Shown here: one piece after another, positions 9,373-20,966 of the stretch
How the letters are laid out: the number at the start of each line of letters is the position of its first letter
Numbering within the stretch: the first letter of the stretch is position 1
Position numbers and translations under genes: made by a program
Notes under the pieces: model-generated
What the model saw: the letters and a program-made list of their open reading frames with translations, nothing else
The model's database searches: none
Told to the model about the DNA's origin: nothing
Assembly (NCBI GenBank): GCA_023511835.1
Contig: JAIMAT010000003.1
Coordinates: 10,933 to 74,932 of the forward strand
Source: Bacillota bacterium
GTDB lineage: Bacteria; Bacillota; Sulfobacillia; JAIMAT01
Reading direction: 5' to 3'
DNA: 64,000 bases

Positions 9373-11408
9373 GGCGGCTGGTGGGCCAGAGCGACCTCCT
9401 CCTGGCCGCGGGCGTGGTGGCGGTGGTGGCCATGCTGGTCATTCCCGTCCCGCCCGGCCTGCTCAGCGTGCTGCTGGCGGCCAACCTGGCCATCTCGCTG
9501 CTGGTGCTCCTGGTCGGCATGTACGACACGCAGCCGCTGGAGTTCTCGGCCTTCCCCTCGCTGCTTCTCCTGACCACGCTCTTCCGTCTGGCGCTCAACG
9601 TCAGCTCGACGCGCCTCATCCTCCTCTACGGCGACGCGGGCGCGGTCATCCAGGCCTTCGGCCAGTTCGTCGCCGGGGGCAACCCGCTGGTCGGCTTCAT
9701 CGTCTTTCTGATCCTGGTCATCATCCAGTTCCTGGTCATCACCCGCGGCGCCGAGCGCGTGGCCGAGGTGGCCGCGCGCTTCACCCTGGACGCCATGCCG
9801 GGCAAGCAGATGGCCATCGACGCCGACCTCAACTCCGGCCTCATCGACCAGAAGGAAGCCCGCCGCCGCCGCCAGCAGATCCAGCGCGAGGCGGACTTCT
9901 ACGGCGCCATGGACGGCGCCAGCAAGTTCGTCCGCGGCGACGCCATCGCCGGCCTGGTCATCCTGGCCATCAACATCGTCGGCGGGCTGGCCATGGGGAT
10001 GCTCGTCCGCCACCTGGCCTGGGCCGACGCCCTGCGCCAGTACACCATCCTGACCATCGGCGACGGCCTGGCCAGCCAGCTGCCGGCGCTGCTCATCTCC
10101 ACCGCCACGGGCATCGTCGTCACCCGTGCGGCCGGCGAGTCGGACCTCGGCCACGACGTGCTGCGCCAGGTGGCGGCCCAGCCCAGGGCGCTCTGGGTGG
10201 CGGCGGGGACGCTGGCCGTGCTCGGTCTGGTACCGGGCCTGCCGGCCGCACCCTTCCTGGCCCTGGCCGCGGTCACCGGCGGCGTCGCCTACCTGCAGGC
10301 GCGGCAGGCGAGGCTCCGTCCCGGCGAGGGGGAGGCGGCACCGGTGCAGGCGACGCTGGGGGTGACGCCGGAGGAGGCCGCCCGCCTCCTGCCGGTCGAC
10401 CCGCTGGAGGTGGAACTGGGCTACGGTCTGCTGCCGCTGGGCGCCGAGGAGGGCGGCCAGCTGATGGACCGGATCGCGCTGCTGCGGCGGCAGATCGCGC
10501 TGGAGCTGGGGCTGGTGCTGCCGCTGGTGCGCGTCCGCGACAACTTGAGCCTGGAGCCCAACCGCTACCGGATCCTCCTGAAGGGCGAGGTGGTGGGCGA
10601 GGCGGAGCTGCGCCTGGACCGGCTCCTGGCCATCCCCCAGGGGACCGAGGTGGCGGGGGTGGAGGGCGAGCCGACGCGCGACCCCGCCTTCAACCTGCCG
10701 GCCCTCTGGATCCGGCCGGAGCAGCGCGCCCTGGCCGAGGCCTCGGGCTACACGGTGGTGGAGGCGGCCGCCGTCCTGGCGACGCACCTGACGGAAGTGG
10801 TGCGCGCCCACGCCTGGGAGCTCCTCACCCGCCAGGAGACGCGCCGCCTGCTGGACACGCTCCATCAGAGCGCGGCCGCCCTGGTGGAGGAGAGCGTGCC
10901 GGCTCTCCTCACCCTGGGCGAGGTGCAGCGGGTGCTGCAGAACCTGCTGCGCGAGGGCGTGCCCATCCGCGACCTGGGCACCGTCCTGGAGGCCCTGGCC
11001 GACCAGGCGGCCGCCTCCAAGGCGTTGGACGAGCTGACCGAGGCGGCGCGCCAGGCGCTGGGCCGGAGCATCACCCAGCGGCTCGTGGGGCCGGACGGGC
11101 GCCTGCGCGTCATCACCCTGGAACCGGCGGCGGAGCGCCAGTTGGCCGAGTCCATCCGCGGCCAGGGCAACGCCCGCACCCTGGTGCTGGAACCGGAGCT
11201 GGCGGGCCGGCTGATCCGCGGGCTGGAGGCGGAGGTGGCCCGCGTCCTGGAGCAGGGCGTCCAGCCCGTCCTCCTCTGCGCCCCCGGCCTCCGCTTCCAC
11301 CTGCGTCGCCTTCTGGAGCGGAGTCTGCCGCGCCTGCCGGTCCTCTCCTACAACGAGGTGAGCGACGGGGTGCCCGTCGACGTGCTGGGGACGGTGAGAC
11401 TGGCATGA
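9357..11408 (+). CDS. flhA: Flagellar biosynthesis protein FlhA
   Basis: RVAEVAARFTLDAMPGKQMAIDADL, GAMDGASKFVRGDA. Confidence 0.98.
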   Translation: MAQTLRRLVGQSDLLLAAGVVAVVAMLVIPVPPGLLSVLLAANLAISLLVLLVGMYDTQPLEFSAFPSLLLLTTLFRLALNVSSTRLILLYGDAGAVIQAFGQFVAGGNPLVGFIVFLILVIIQFLVITRGAERVAEVAARFTLDAMPGKQMAIDADLNSGLIDQKEARRRRQQIQREADFYGAMDGASKFVRGDAIAGLVILAINIVGGLAMGMLVRHLAWADALRQYTILTIGDGLASQLPALLISTATGIVVTRAAGESDLGHDVLRQVAAQPRALWVAAGTLAVLGLVPGLPAAPFLALAAVTGGVAYLQARQARLRPGEGEAAPVQATLGVTPEEAARLLPVDPLEVELGYGLLPLGAEEGGQLMDRIALLRRQIALELGLVLPLVRVRDNLSLEPNRYRILLKGEVVGEAELRLDRLLAIPQGTEVAGVEGEPTRDPAFNLPALWIRPEQRALAEASGYTVVEAAAVLATHLTEVVRAHAWELLTRQETRRLLDTLHQSAAALVEESVPALLTLGEVQRVLQNLLREGVPIRDLGTVLEALADQAAASKALDELTEAARQALGRSITQRLVGPDGRLRVITLEPAAERQLAESIRGQGNARTLVLEPELAGRLIRGLEAEVARVLEQGVQPVLLCAPGLRFHLRRLLERSLPRLPVLSYNEVSDGVPVDVLGTVRLA

Positions 11409-12427
11409 GCGCGCCGCTCCGCATCCGCCGCTTCCGGGCGGCCGACGTGCGCGCCCTCCTGGCGCAGGTGCGTCAGGAAGCGGGCGCCGACGCCCTCCTC
11501 CTCGACCTGCGCCGCGAGCCCCCGCGCTGGTGGGAGCGGCTGACCGGGAGGCGCGGTCCGGTGGTGGCGACGGTGGCCCTTCCTCCGCCCGCTGGAGAGG
11601 GGGAAGAGCCGGCGGACGGAGCCGGGGCGGCCGGCCCGGCCGGGAGGACCGCCCCGCAGGCCACGGCGCCCGGCGGCTGGGAGGAACTCCGCCTCCGCCT
11701 CGAGAGGCGCGGGCTCCTGCCCGACCTGGCCGCCCGGCTGGCCGAACCGGCCCCGGAGCCCGGGGCGAGCCCACGCGAGGCGGTGCGCCAGCGGCTCCTC
11801 GAGCTGCTGGGCCGGGCGCGGCCCGTGGAGGCGGGGCGCGAACGCCGTCTGGTGCTGGTGGGGCCGACGGGCGCGGGCAAGACCACCACCGTGGCCAAGC
11901 TGGCGGGGCAGATGGCGCTCTACCGCGGCCTGGAGGTGGGCATCGTCACCCTGGACGCCTTCCGGGCGGGCGCCTTCGAGCAGGTGGACGCCTACGCCCG
12001 CGCTGCGGGCCTCCCTTGCCTGCCCGCGGAAGAGCCGGGCGAGCTCCGCTCCGCCCTGGAGCGGCTTTCGGGCGTCGATCTGGTCCTCATCGACACCACT
12101 GGCCGCAGCCCCTCCGACCGCCGTTCCCTTCGCCGCCTGGCCCAGCTGGTGGAAGAGGCGCGGGCGGACGCGGTCCTGCTGACGCTCAGCGCCACCACCC
12201 GCCACGAGGACCTTCTCTACGCGCTGGAGGCCTACCGGGGGATCGGCGCCGACCGCCTGCTCTTCACCAAGGTGGACGAGACGCGCGCTCCGGGCGAGCT
12301 GGTCAACGCGGTGGCGGCGAGCGGGCTGGCGGTCAGCTACGTCGCGGCCGGACAGCGCGTCCCCGACGACCTGGCCGTCTTCTCGCCCGGGGCATTGGCC
12401 GACGAGCTGCTGGGGGTGGAGCCGTGA
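11405..12427 (+). CDS. flhF: SRP-family GTPase FlhF
   Basis: GPTGAGKTTT, DTTGRS, TKVDET, GQRVPDD. Confidence 0.92.
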   Translation: MSAPLRIRRFRAADVRALLAQVRQEAGADALLLDLRREPPRWWERLTGRRGPVVATVALPPPAGEGEEPADGAGAAGPAGRTAPQATAPGGWEELRLRLERRGLLPDLAARLAEPAPEPGASPREAVRQRLLELLGRARPVEAGRERRLVLVGPTGAGKTTTVAKLAGQMALYRGLEVGIVTLDAFRAGAFEQVDAYARAAGLPCLPAEEPGELRSALERLSGVDLVLIDTTGRSPSDRRSLRRLAQLVEEARADAVLLTLSATTRHEDLLYALEAYRGIGADRLLFTKVDETRAPGELVNAVAASGLAVSYVAAGQRVPDDLAVFSPGALADELLGVEP

Positions 12428-13263
12428 ACGAGCAGGTTTCGGCCCTGGCCGCGCTGGCCCGGGAGGTGAGGGCCCGCCTGCGGCTGGGGGCGCGGAGGCC
12501 GCCGGGAGCACGACGGGTGCGCAGCCTCGCCGTGGTCAGCGGCAAGGGCGGCGTGGGCAAGTCGACGCTGGCGGTCAACTTGGCGCTGGCGCTGGCGGCG
12601 GCCGGCGAGCGGGCGCTCCTGGTCGACCTGGATCTGGGCCTGGGCGGCGCCATGGCCGTGGCGGGGGGGCGCGGGCGCTACCACCTGGGCGATGTCCTCG
12701 CCGGCCGGGCCGAGATCGAGGAGGCCTTCTGGGAGCCGGAGCGCGGGGTCCGCCTCCTCTCCGGTGGCCCCGGCGAGGAGCTTTTGGCCTCCCTGGGCGC
12801 CGCCGAGGTGGGGCGCCTGGTGACCGCCCTGGCCCGCCTGGGCGCCCCGGGCGAGACGCTCCTCGTCGACAACGGCGCCGGCCTCGGCCAACTGGTGCGG
12901 GCGGTCCTGGCCTGGGCGCCGGAGGTGCTGCTGGTGGTGACGCCGGATCCGGCCTCGGTCACCGACGGGTACGCCGTGCTCAAGGCGACGGCCCGGCTCA
13001 ACCCCGAGGCCCGGCTCTGGCTGGCGGTCAACCAGGCGCTCTCCCCGAGTGAGGCGATGCGCGTGCGCGACGCCCTCGTCTCGGTGGCCGCGGGACACCT
13101 GGGGCTCAGGCCCCGCTTCCTGGGCTGGGTGCCGGAGGATCCCGAGCTGGCCGGCAGCGTCCGCCTCGGGCGGCCGCTCCTCCGCCTCAACCCCGCCGCG
13201 CCGGCGGCGCGGGCGGTCTCCTCGCTGGCGCGCCGCTGGCTGGAGGAGGAGGAAGCCCGGTGA
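12424..13263 (+). CDS. flhG: MinD-like ATPase FlhG/YlxH
   Basis: SGKGGVGKST deviant Walker A, VTPDPASVTDGY; follows flhF. Confidence 0.88.
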   Translation: MNEQVSALAALAREVRARLRLGARRPPGARRVRSLAVVSGKGGVGKSTLAVNLALALAAAGERALLVDLDLGLGGAMAVAGGRGRYHLGDVLAGRAEIEEAFWEPERGVRLLSGGPGEELLASLGAAEVGRLVTALARLGAPGETLLVDNGAGLGQLVRAVLAWAPEVLLVVTPDPASVTDGYAVLKATARLNPEARLWLAVNQALSPSEAMRVRDALVSVAAGHLGLRPRFLGWVPEDPELAGSVRLGRPLLRLNPAAPAARAVSSLARRWLEEEEAR

Positions 13264-14099
13264 GCGTCTCGCGCTATCCGCGGCTGGGCGACCGGGTCGA
13301 GCTGGCCGTCCGGGAGGCGGACCTGGCCGGAGGCGACCCGGACTCCCAGCGCCTGCACGTCTTCCCCTCGCTGGTGCTGGGGGGCGAGGAAGAGCTGGTG
13401 GAGGTGGCCGCGCCGCTGGAGCACGGGCGCTTGCGCCTGCCAGAGCCGCAGGCGGAGGTGGAGCTGCGCTTCGGCCGCGACGGGCGCTGGTTCGCCTGCC
13501 GGGCGACGGTAGAGGCCAACCTGCTGGCGCCGCCCGAGCGGGTCCGCCTGCGGCTCGGCCCTCCGGCGCCTTACTATCGCCGGGCGGCGGTCCGCTGGCC
13601 GCTCCACCTGCCGGTCGAGGTGCTCCCGTTGCCGCCGGCCGTCCAGCAGGCGGTCCGCATGGGGCTGCCGGGCGAGCGCCTGCGGGCGATACCCAGGCCC
13701 GAGGCGGGGCCGCGCTGGCAGGGGACGACGGTCGACCTGAGCGTGGGCGGCCTCTTCTGCCGCCTCCGCCTGCGCGACCGCACCGGGGAGGGGGGCGGTG
13801 CTGCGGGGGGCGGCGGCGCCCGCCTGACGCCGGGCGAGATCTACCGGCTGCGCCTCGACCTGGGGGCCTCCGGGGAGGGAGGGCCAGCCGCCGGCGGCGA
13901 GAGGGGGCGTCGCCCGACCCCGGCCGCTCCCGAGCTGGACCTGGCCGCGCGCCTGGTGCGCGCCGCGCCGGCGCCGCGGGAGGCGGGCCTCTGGGAGGCG
14001 GCCTTCGCCTTCCTGGAGCTGGGACCCGCCGAGGAGCAGGCCATCATGCGACGCATCTTCGCCGAACAGCGGCGCTGGCGCCGCCAGGGGCTCATCTGA
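13260..14099 (+). CDS. PilZ-domain flagellar brake protein (YcgR/MotI-like)
   Basis: RxxxR (RAAVR) and DxSxxG (DLSVGG) c-di-GMP motifs; C-terminal IFAEQRR. Confidence 0.75.
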   Translation: MSVSRYPRLGDRVELAVREADLAGGDPDSQRLHVFPSLVLGGEEELVEVAAPLEHGRLRLPEPQAEVELRFGRDGRWFACRATVEANLLAPPERVRLRLGPPAPYYRRAAVRWPLHLPVEVLPLPPAVQQAVRMGLPGERLRAIPRPEAGPRWQGTTVDLSVGGLFCRLRLRDRTGEGGGAAGGGGARLTPGEIYRLRLDLGASGEGGPAAGGERGRRPTPAAPELDLAARLVRAAPAPREAGLWEAAFAFLELGPAEEQAIMRRIFAEQRRWRRQGLI

Positions 14100-14113
14100 A
14101 CGGAGGTGGAGGC

Positions 14114-14935
14114 ATGGCAGCTGGAAGCCCGGCGGGAGCCGGCAGCCCGCCGAGCCCCGAGACGGGCGGTCCGGGCGAGGCGGAGCTGGCGAGGCTCTGG
14201 GCCGCCTACCGCCAGTCCGGCGACCGCGCGCTCCGCGAGCGGCTGGTGCTGGCCTACCTGCCGCTGGTGCAGCGGATCGCCAGCCGCCTCGCCGTCCGTC
14301 TGCCGCCCCAGGTGGAGCAGCAGGAGCTGGTCAACGAGGGCCTGGGCGGTCTCCTCCAGGCCATCGACCGCTTCGACCCCTCGCGTGGCATCCGCTTCGA
14401 GACTTTCGCCGTGCCGCGCATCCAGGGCGCCATGATCGACGGGCTGCGCGCCCTGGACTGGGCGCCGACGCGGCTGCGCCAGCACGACCGCCAGTTGCGC
14501 GAGACCTACGCCGCGCTGGAGGCGGAGCGCGGCCGGCCGGCCACTGACGCCGAGGTGGCCGAGCGGCTCGGGGTGCCGGCACGCACCGTCCGCCAGTGGC
14601 TGACGGAGCTGAGCCGGGCGGCGGTGCTCAGCCTGGAGGAGCTGGGCATCCCCGGCGAGAGCCTGGGCGCGCCGGCCTTCCAGGAGGCGGAGGCGGCCGA
14701 CGACCCCTTGGAGTCGGTCATCCGCAAGGAGACCATCCGGGAGCTGGGTCGGGCCATCGAGGAGCTGCCCGAGCGCGAGCGCCTGATCATCACGCTCCTC
14801 TACTACGAGGGGCTGACCGCCACCGAGGTGGCGGGTCTCTTGGGCGTGACCGTCTCGCGCATCTCCCAGCTCCATTCGCGCGCCGTCCTGCGGATCCGCG
14901 GGAAGATGACGGCCGGCCGAGCCCGGCCGGCCTGA
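14114..14935 (+). CDS. fliA: FliA/WhiG/SigD family sigma-28 factor
   Basis: AIDRFDPSRGIRFETFA..RIQGAMIDGLRALDW; LYYEGLT..SRISQLHS. Confidence 0.92.
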   Translation: MAAGSPAGAGSPPSPETGGPGEAELARLWAAYRQSGDRALRERLVLAYLPLVQRIASRLAVRLPPQVEQQELVNEGLGGLLQAIDRFDPSRGIRFETFAVPRIQGAMIDGLRALDWAPTRLRQHDRQLRETYAALEAERGRPATDAEVAERLGVPARTVRQWLTELSRAAVLSLEELGIPGESLGAPAFQEAEAADDPLESVIRKETIRELGRAIEELPERERLIITLLYYEGLTATEVAGLLGVTVSRISQLHSRAVLRIRGKMTAGRARPA

Positions 14936-14971
14936 GGCCCGCCCGCCCCGTTCCGGAGGGGGGCGGCTCGA

Positions 14972-15000
14972 TTGCCGCCCCGGGGGGCCGATGGTATACT
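14972..15000 (+). promoter_or_regulatory. SigA-type promoter of rpsB
   Basis: TTGCCG-17nt-TATACT with extended TG. Confidence 0.7.
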
Positions 15001-15029
15001 GCGACGGGCCGCGCGCCGCGCGCAGCCCC

Positions 15030-15119
15030 ATTTCGCACGCGCGCCGACCGCCCCCGGTGCCCGCCGAGGCGGGTGGGCAGGCGGGATGAGGCGGCGGAGG
15101 AGAACCGGGAGGTGGGAGC
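15030..15119 (+). promoter_or_regulatory. Probable S2 autoregulatory leader of rpsB
   Basis: Structured 5' UTR (CGCACGC...CGGTGC...GGAGG) at the position of known S2 leaders; inference. Confidence 0.4.
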
Positions 15120-15818
15120 ATGTCGGTCGTCTCCATGAAGCAGCTGCTGGAGGCCGGCGTCCACTTCGGCCACCAGACGCGCCGCTGGAACCCCAAGATG
15201 CGGCCGTACATCTTCACGGAGCGGAACGGCATCTACATCATCGACCTGCAGAAGACCGTCAAGATGCTGGACGAGGCCTACGCCTGGGTGCGCGACCTCG
15301 CCTTCCAGGACGGCAACGTGCTCTTCGTGGGCACCAAGAAGCAGGCCCAGGAGACCATCCGCGAGGAAGCGGAGCGTTGCGGCATGCCCTACGTCAACCA
15401 GCGCTGGCTGGGCGGCACGCTGACCAATTTCGTCACCATCAGCTCGCGCGTCAAGCGGCTGGAGGAGCTGACCCGGCTGGTGGAGGAGGGCGAGCTGGAG
15501 CGGCTGCCCAAGAAGGAGCAGGCCTCGCTCCTGCGCGAGAAGGCCAAGCTGGAGAAGTACCTGGGCGGCATCCGCGGCATGTCCTCGCTGCCGGACGCGC
15601 TCTACGTGGTCGACCCGCGCAAGGAACGGATCTGCGTCAGCGAGGCGCGCCGCCTGGGCATCCCCATCGTGGCCATCGTCGACACCAACTGCGACCCGGA
15701 TGAGATCACGCACGTGATCCCGGGGAACGACGACGCCATCCGGGCGGTACGCCTGATCACGTCCAAGATCGCCGACGCCATCCTGGAGGGCCGGCAGGGC
15801 GTCCAGGTCTCGGCCTGA
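15120..15818 (+). CDS. rpsB: 30S ribosomal protein S2
   Basis: [22 protein letters not shown]; PGNDDAIRA. Confidence 0.99.
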   Translation: MSVVSMKQLLEAGVHFGHQTRRWNPKMRPYIFTERNGIYIIDLQKTVKMLDEAYAWVRDLAFQDGNVLFVGTKKQAQETIREEAERCGMPYVNQRWLGGTLTNFVTISSRVKRLEELTRLVEEGELERLPKKEQASLLREKAKLEKYLGGIRGMSSLPDALYVVDPRKERICVSEARRLGIPIVAIVDTNCDPDEITHVIPGNDDAIRAVRLITSKIADAILEGRQGVQVSA

Positions 15819-15832
15819 CGGGACGGGCCCGA

Positions 15833-15862
15833 GGCGAAGGGGCGGCGAGCCGCCCCTTCGCC
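15833..15862 (+). terminator. Strong hairpin between rpsB and tsf (partial terminator or stability element)
   Basis: GGCGAAGGGGCGG-CGAG-CCGCCCCTTCGCC perfect stem; no U-tract. Confidence 0.5.
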
Positions 15863-15893
15863 ATGTCCACCGCGGAACAAGGGAGGTCGGAGC

Positions 15894-16544
15894 ATGGCGG
15901 AGATCACGGCGGAACAGGTACGGCAGCTCCGGGAGCGCACCGGGGCCGGGATGATGGACTGCAAGCGGGCGCTGGAGGCGACCGGCGGCGACATGGAGAA
16001 GGCGACCGACTGGCTGCGGGAGAAGGGCCTGGCGGCCGCCGGCAAGAAGGCCGGGCGCCACGCCGGCGAGGGCCTGATCGAGGCCTACATCCACACCAAC
16101 GGCCGCGTCGGCGTCCTCCTGGAGCTCAACTGCGAGACCGACTTCGTCGCCCGGACCGAGGGCTTCCGCCAGCTGGCCCACGACCTGGCGCTGCACGTGG
16201 CGGCCGCCAGCCCGCGCTGGGTCTCGCGCGAGCAGGTTCCGGCCGAGGTTCTGGCCCACGAGCGCGAGGTGATCCGCCGCCTCACGCTGGAAGAAGGAAA
16301 ACCCGAACAGATCGTGGATAAGATCGTCGAAGGGCGCCTGGAGAAGCAGTTCTTCGCGGAATACTGCCTGCTGGACCAGCCCTTCGTCAAGGAGCCGGAG
16401 CGGACGGTGGGCGAGCTGGTACGCTCGGCCATCGCCCAGTTCGGCGAGAATATCGTGGTACGACGATTCGTCCGCTTCCAGCTGGGCGAGGAGGCGGGGG
16501 AGCAGGCGCCGGGCGCCGGGGTGGCGGCGTCTGCCGGCGCGTAG
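15894..16544 (+). CDS. tsf: Elongation factor Ts (short form)
   Basis: [26 protein letters not shown]. Confidence 0.98.
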   Translation: MAEITAEQVRQLRERTGAGMMDCKRALEATGGDMEKATDWLREKGLAAAGKKAGRHAGEGLIEAYIHTNGRVGVLLELNCETDFVARTEGFRQLAHDLALHVAAASPRWVSREQVPAEVLAHEREVIRRLTLEEGKPEQIVDKIVEGRLEKQFFAEYCLLDQPFVKEPERTVGELVRSAIAQFGENIVVRRFVRFQLGEEAGEQAPGAGVAASAGA

Positions 16545-17863
<1,319 letters not shown>

Positions 17864-17866
17864 GCC

Positions 17867-18112
17867 TTGGCGGGGGCGGAGTCGACAGGCGAGGCGACGC
17901 CGGGCCTGGAGCGCGGGGAGAGGTGGCTCCTGCGGCCGCTGGAGACGGTGGAGGCCGAGGCCCGGGCCGCCGGCCTGGAGGTGAGGGTGCGGTGGACGGG
18001 CGAGGGGCCGGGGCGCGCCCGCGTGGTGCGCGTCCGGCCCGGCGAGGCGGGGGGTGTGGAGCTGCTCGCCGCCCGCTTCCCCGATTTCGCGGCGGAGGCG
18101 CCGCGGGAGTAG
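17867..18112 (+). CDS. Small hypothetical protein between frr and uppS
   Basis: Fills the intergenic space on the operon strand with plausible composition; TTG start. Confidence 0.55.
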   Translation: MAGAESTGEATPGLERGERWLLRPLETVEAEARAAGLEVRVRWTGEGPGRARVVRVRPGEAGGVELLAARFPDFAAEAPRE

Positions 18113-18119
18113 GGTGGGG

Positions 18120-18923
18120 ATGGAGGTGCGGGCGGTGAGCGGGCGGACGGCGGGGCCGAGGTCGGAGGCGGGCGAGGAGCAGGCGCAGGGGCCGCGGGCG
18201 CTGCGCCTGCCGGCGCACGTGGCCATCATCATGGACGGCAACGGGCGCTGGGCCGAGCGGCGCGGGCTCCCGCGCGGCCTCGGCCACCAGGCCGGGGTCG
18301 AGTCGGTTCGCCGGGTGGTCCGCGGCTCCATCGAACTGGGCCTGCGCTACCTGACGCTCTACGCCTTCTCCACCGAGAACTGGCGCCGCCCGCCGGAGGA
18401 GGTCCGCTTCCTCTGGCATCTGCTGGGGCAGGCGGTCACCCGCGACCTGGACGACCTCTACCGCCAGGGCGTCCGCTTCCGGGCCATCGGCGCGCTGGAG
18501 GAGCTGCCGGAGGAGACGCGCCGGCAGATCCGGCTGGCGGAGGAGCGGACGGCGGGCAACGACCGGCTCTACCTGCAGGTGGCGCTCAACTACGGCGGCC
18601 GGCGCGAGATCGTGGAGGCGGCCCGGCGCCTGGCCGCGGCCTGCGCGCGGGGCGAGGCGGAGCCGGACGAGATCGACGAGGCGCGCTTCGCGCGCGAGCT
18701 GTACACGGCGGGGATCCCCGACCCCGATCTCCTCATCCGGACGGCGGGCGAGTACCGCATCAGCAACTTCCTCCTCTGGCAGGTGGCCTACTGCGAGCTC
18801 TGGGTGAGCGAGGTGCTCTGGCCGGACTTCGGGGAGAAGGAGCTGCGCCGGGCGGTGGAGGAGTATTCGCACCGGCAGCGCCGCTTCGGAGGACTGGCGG
18901 AGTGGCCCGGCGATGCTCCGTGA
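18120..18923 (+). CDS. uppS: Undecaprenyl diphosphate synthase
   Basis: HVAIIMDGNGRWA, YAFSTENWRRP, RISNFLLWQ. Confidence 0.97.
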   Translation: MEVRAVSGRTAGPRSEAGEEQAQGPRALRLPAHVAIIMDGNGRWAERRGLPRGLGHQAGVESVRRVVRGSIELGLRYLTLYAFSTENWRRPPEEVRFLWHLLGQAVTRDLDDLYRQGVRFRAIGALEELPEETRRQIRLAEERTAGNDRLYLQVALNYGGRREIVEAARRLAAACARGEAEPDEIDEARFARELYTAGIPDPDLLIRTAGEYRISNFLLWQVAYCELWVSEVLWPDFGEKELRRAVEEYSHRQRRFGGLAEWPGDAP

Positions 18924-19716
18924 GCGGCTCCTCTCGGCGCTGATCGGCCTGCCGCTGCTGCTGGCCGCGGTCCTCCTGGGCGGCTGGCCCCTGGCGGCCG
19001 CCATGGCGCTCCTGGCCGGCGTGGCCGGCTGGGAGGGGGGCCGGCTGGCGGGCGCGCTGGGCGTCCGCTTCGCCCCCTGGCTGCCCGCCCTGCCGCCCGC
19101 CCTGGCGGTCCTCCTCTGGCAGCTGCGCCCGCGTGTCGGCCTCTACGTACTCGCCTTCTCCCTCCTCCTGCTCCTGGCGCGGGCCGAGTGGCAGGTGGTG
19201 GCCGAGCGGAGGCCTGCGCGGGAGGCGCTGGTGGAGTACGTGGCGCTGGTGGCGGCGCTGCTCTACCCCTCCCTCTTCGCCTCGGCCGTGGCGCTGCGCC
19301 GTTTGGAGCACGGGGCGCTCTGGCTTACCCTGGTCTTCGCCGGGACCTGGCTGAACGACGCCGCCGCCTTCTTCGTGGGCAGACTCTGGGGCCGCCGCCT
19401 CCTGGCGCCCGGGCTGAGCCCGGGCAAGAGCGTGGAGGGGGCGGTGGCGGGCGGCGTGACGGCGCTGGTGGTCTGGATGGCGGCGACGCCCTGGACGGGT
19501 CTGGCTCTGCCGGGCGCCGTCGCCCTGGGGATGGCGGCCGCCCTGCTGGGTCCGGTGGGCGACCTCTTCGAATCGCTGGTCAAGCGGGCGGCGGAGTGGA
19601 AGGATTCCGGCAGCCTCATCCCGGGGCATGGCGGGGTGCTCGACCGTTTCGACAGCTTCCTCCTGATCGCGCCCACCAGCCTGGTCCTGATCCGCCTCTT
19701 CACCGGCGCCGGTTGA
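18913..19716 (+). CDS. cdsA: Phosphatidate cytidylyltransferase
   Basis: SPGKSVEG, GDLFES..KR..KDSG..IPGHGGVLDRFDS. Confidence 0.97.
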   Translation: MLRERLLSALIGLPLLLAAVLLGGWPLAAAMALLAGVAGWEGGRLAGALGVRFAPWLPALPPALAVLLWQLRPRVGLYVLAFSLLLLLARAEWQVVAERRPAREALVEYVALVAALLYPSLFASAVALRRLEHGALWLTLVFAGTWLNDAAAFFVGRLWGRRLLAPGLSPGKSVEGAVAGGVTALVVWMAATPWTGLALPGAVALGMAAALLGPVGDLFESLVKRAAEWKDSGSLIPGHGGVLDRFDSFLLIAPTSLVLIRLFTGAG

Positions 19717-19751
19717 GGCGGCGCCGCCGGCCGAGCGGGAGGCTTTCGGAT

Positions 19752-20966
19752 TTGCGGGATCTGGTCATCTTGGGCTCCACGGGCTCCATCGGCCGCCAGG
19801 CGCTGGACGTCCTCCGCGCCCACGCGGGGCGCTGGCGGGTGCGCGGCCTGGCGGCGGGCCGCGACGTCGACGGCCTGGAGGCACAGGTGCGCGAGTTCCA
19901 CCCGGGGCGGGTGGCGCTGGCCGACGAGGCGGCCGCGGCGGAGCTGGAGCGCCGGCTGGCCGGCGAGGGCGTGGAGGTTCTGGCCGGCGAGGCGGGGCTG
20001 GTGGAGCTGGCCGCCACCACCGAGGCGGACGGGGTGCTGAGTGCCGTCACCGGCGTGGCGGGCCTGGCGCCGACGCTGGCGGCGCTCAAGGCGCGCCGGC
20101 GGGTGGCGCTGGCCAACAAGGAGAGCCTGGTGGCCGCCGGGCCGGTGGTGCGACGCGAACTCGAGAGGCTTTACCCCTGGCTCGCGGCCGAGCCGGGCCT
20201 CGCCGTCCACCGGCCCGAGGCGCCGCTCCTGCCCGTGGACAGCGAGCATAGCGCCATCTTCCAGTGCCTGGCCGGCCGGGGGGCCGAAGGGCAGGTGGCG
20301 CGCCTCATCCTGACGGCCTCGGGAGGTCCCTTCCGCGGCTGGCCGCGGGAGCGGCTGGCGGGAGTGACGGTGGAGCAGGCGCTCCGCCACCCGACCTGGC
20401 GGATGGGGGCGCGCATCACGGTGGAGTCGGCGCTGCTGATGAACAAGGCGCTGGAAGTGATCGAGGCGCATTTCCTCTTCGGCGTCGGGTATGATCAAAT
20501 CGAAGTGGTCATCCACCCGCAGAGCATCGTCCACTCGCTGGTCGCCTTCGTCGACGGCTCCGTCCTGGGCCAGCTGGGCGCGGCCGACATGCGCATCCCC
20601 ATCCAGTACGCGCTCACCTATCCGGAACGGTGGCCCTCGCCGGCGCCCGGCTTGGACTTGGCGAGCGTGGGCCGGCTGGAGTTCGCCCCGCCCGACCGCG
20701 AGGCCTTCCCCTCGCTGGAGCTGGGCTACCTGGCCGGACGGACGGGCGGCACGGCGCCGGCGGTTCTCAACGCCGCCAAGGAGGAGGCGGTGGGACGCTT
20801 CCTCCAGGGGCGCCTTCCCTTCTTGGCCGTGCCCGAGGTGGCGGGGGAGGTGCTGGCGGAGCACCGGGCGGTGGCCGAGCCTTCGCTGGCGGACGTCCTG
20901 GAGGCCGACCGCTGGGCGCGCGAGCGGGCGCGCCGGCGAATGGAGGCGATGGCGGCGACATGGTGA
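19752..20966 (+). CDS. dxr: 1-deoxy-D-xylulose-5-phosphate reductoisomerase
   Basis: ILGSTGSIG, LANKESLV, PVDSEH, TASGGPF; TTG start with GGAGG RBS. Confidence 0.97.
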   Translation: MRDLVILGSTGSIGRQALDVLRAHAGRWRVRGLAAGRDVDGLEAQVREFHPGRVALADEAAAAELERRLAGEGVEVLAGEAGLVELAATTEADGVLSAVTGVAGLAPTLAALKARRRVALANKESLVAAGPVVRRELERLYPWLAAEPGLAVHRPEAPLLPVDSEHSAIFQCLAGRGAEGQVARLILTASGGPFRGWPRERLAGVTVEQALRHPTWRMGARITVESALLMNKALEVIEAHFLFGVGYDQIEVVIHPQSIVHSLVAFVDGSVLGQLGAADMRIPIQYALTYPERWPSPAPGLDLASVGRLEFAPPDREAFPSLELGYLAGRTGGTAPAVLNAAKEEAVGRFLQGRLPFLAVPEVAGEVLAEHRAVAEPSLADVLEADRWARERARRRMEAMAATW

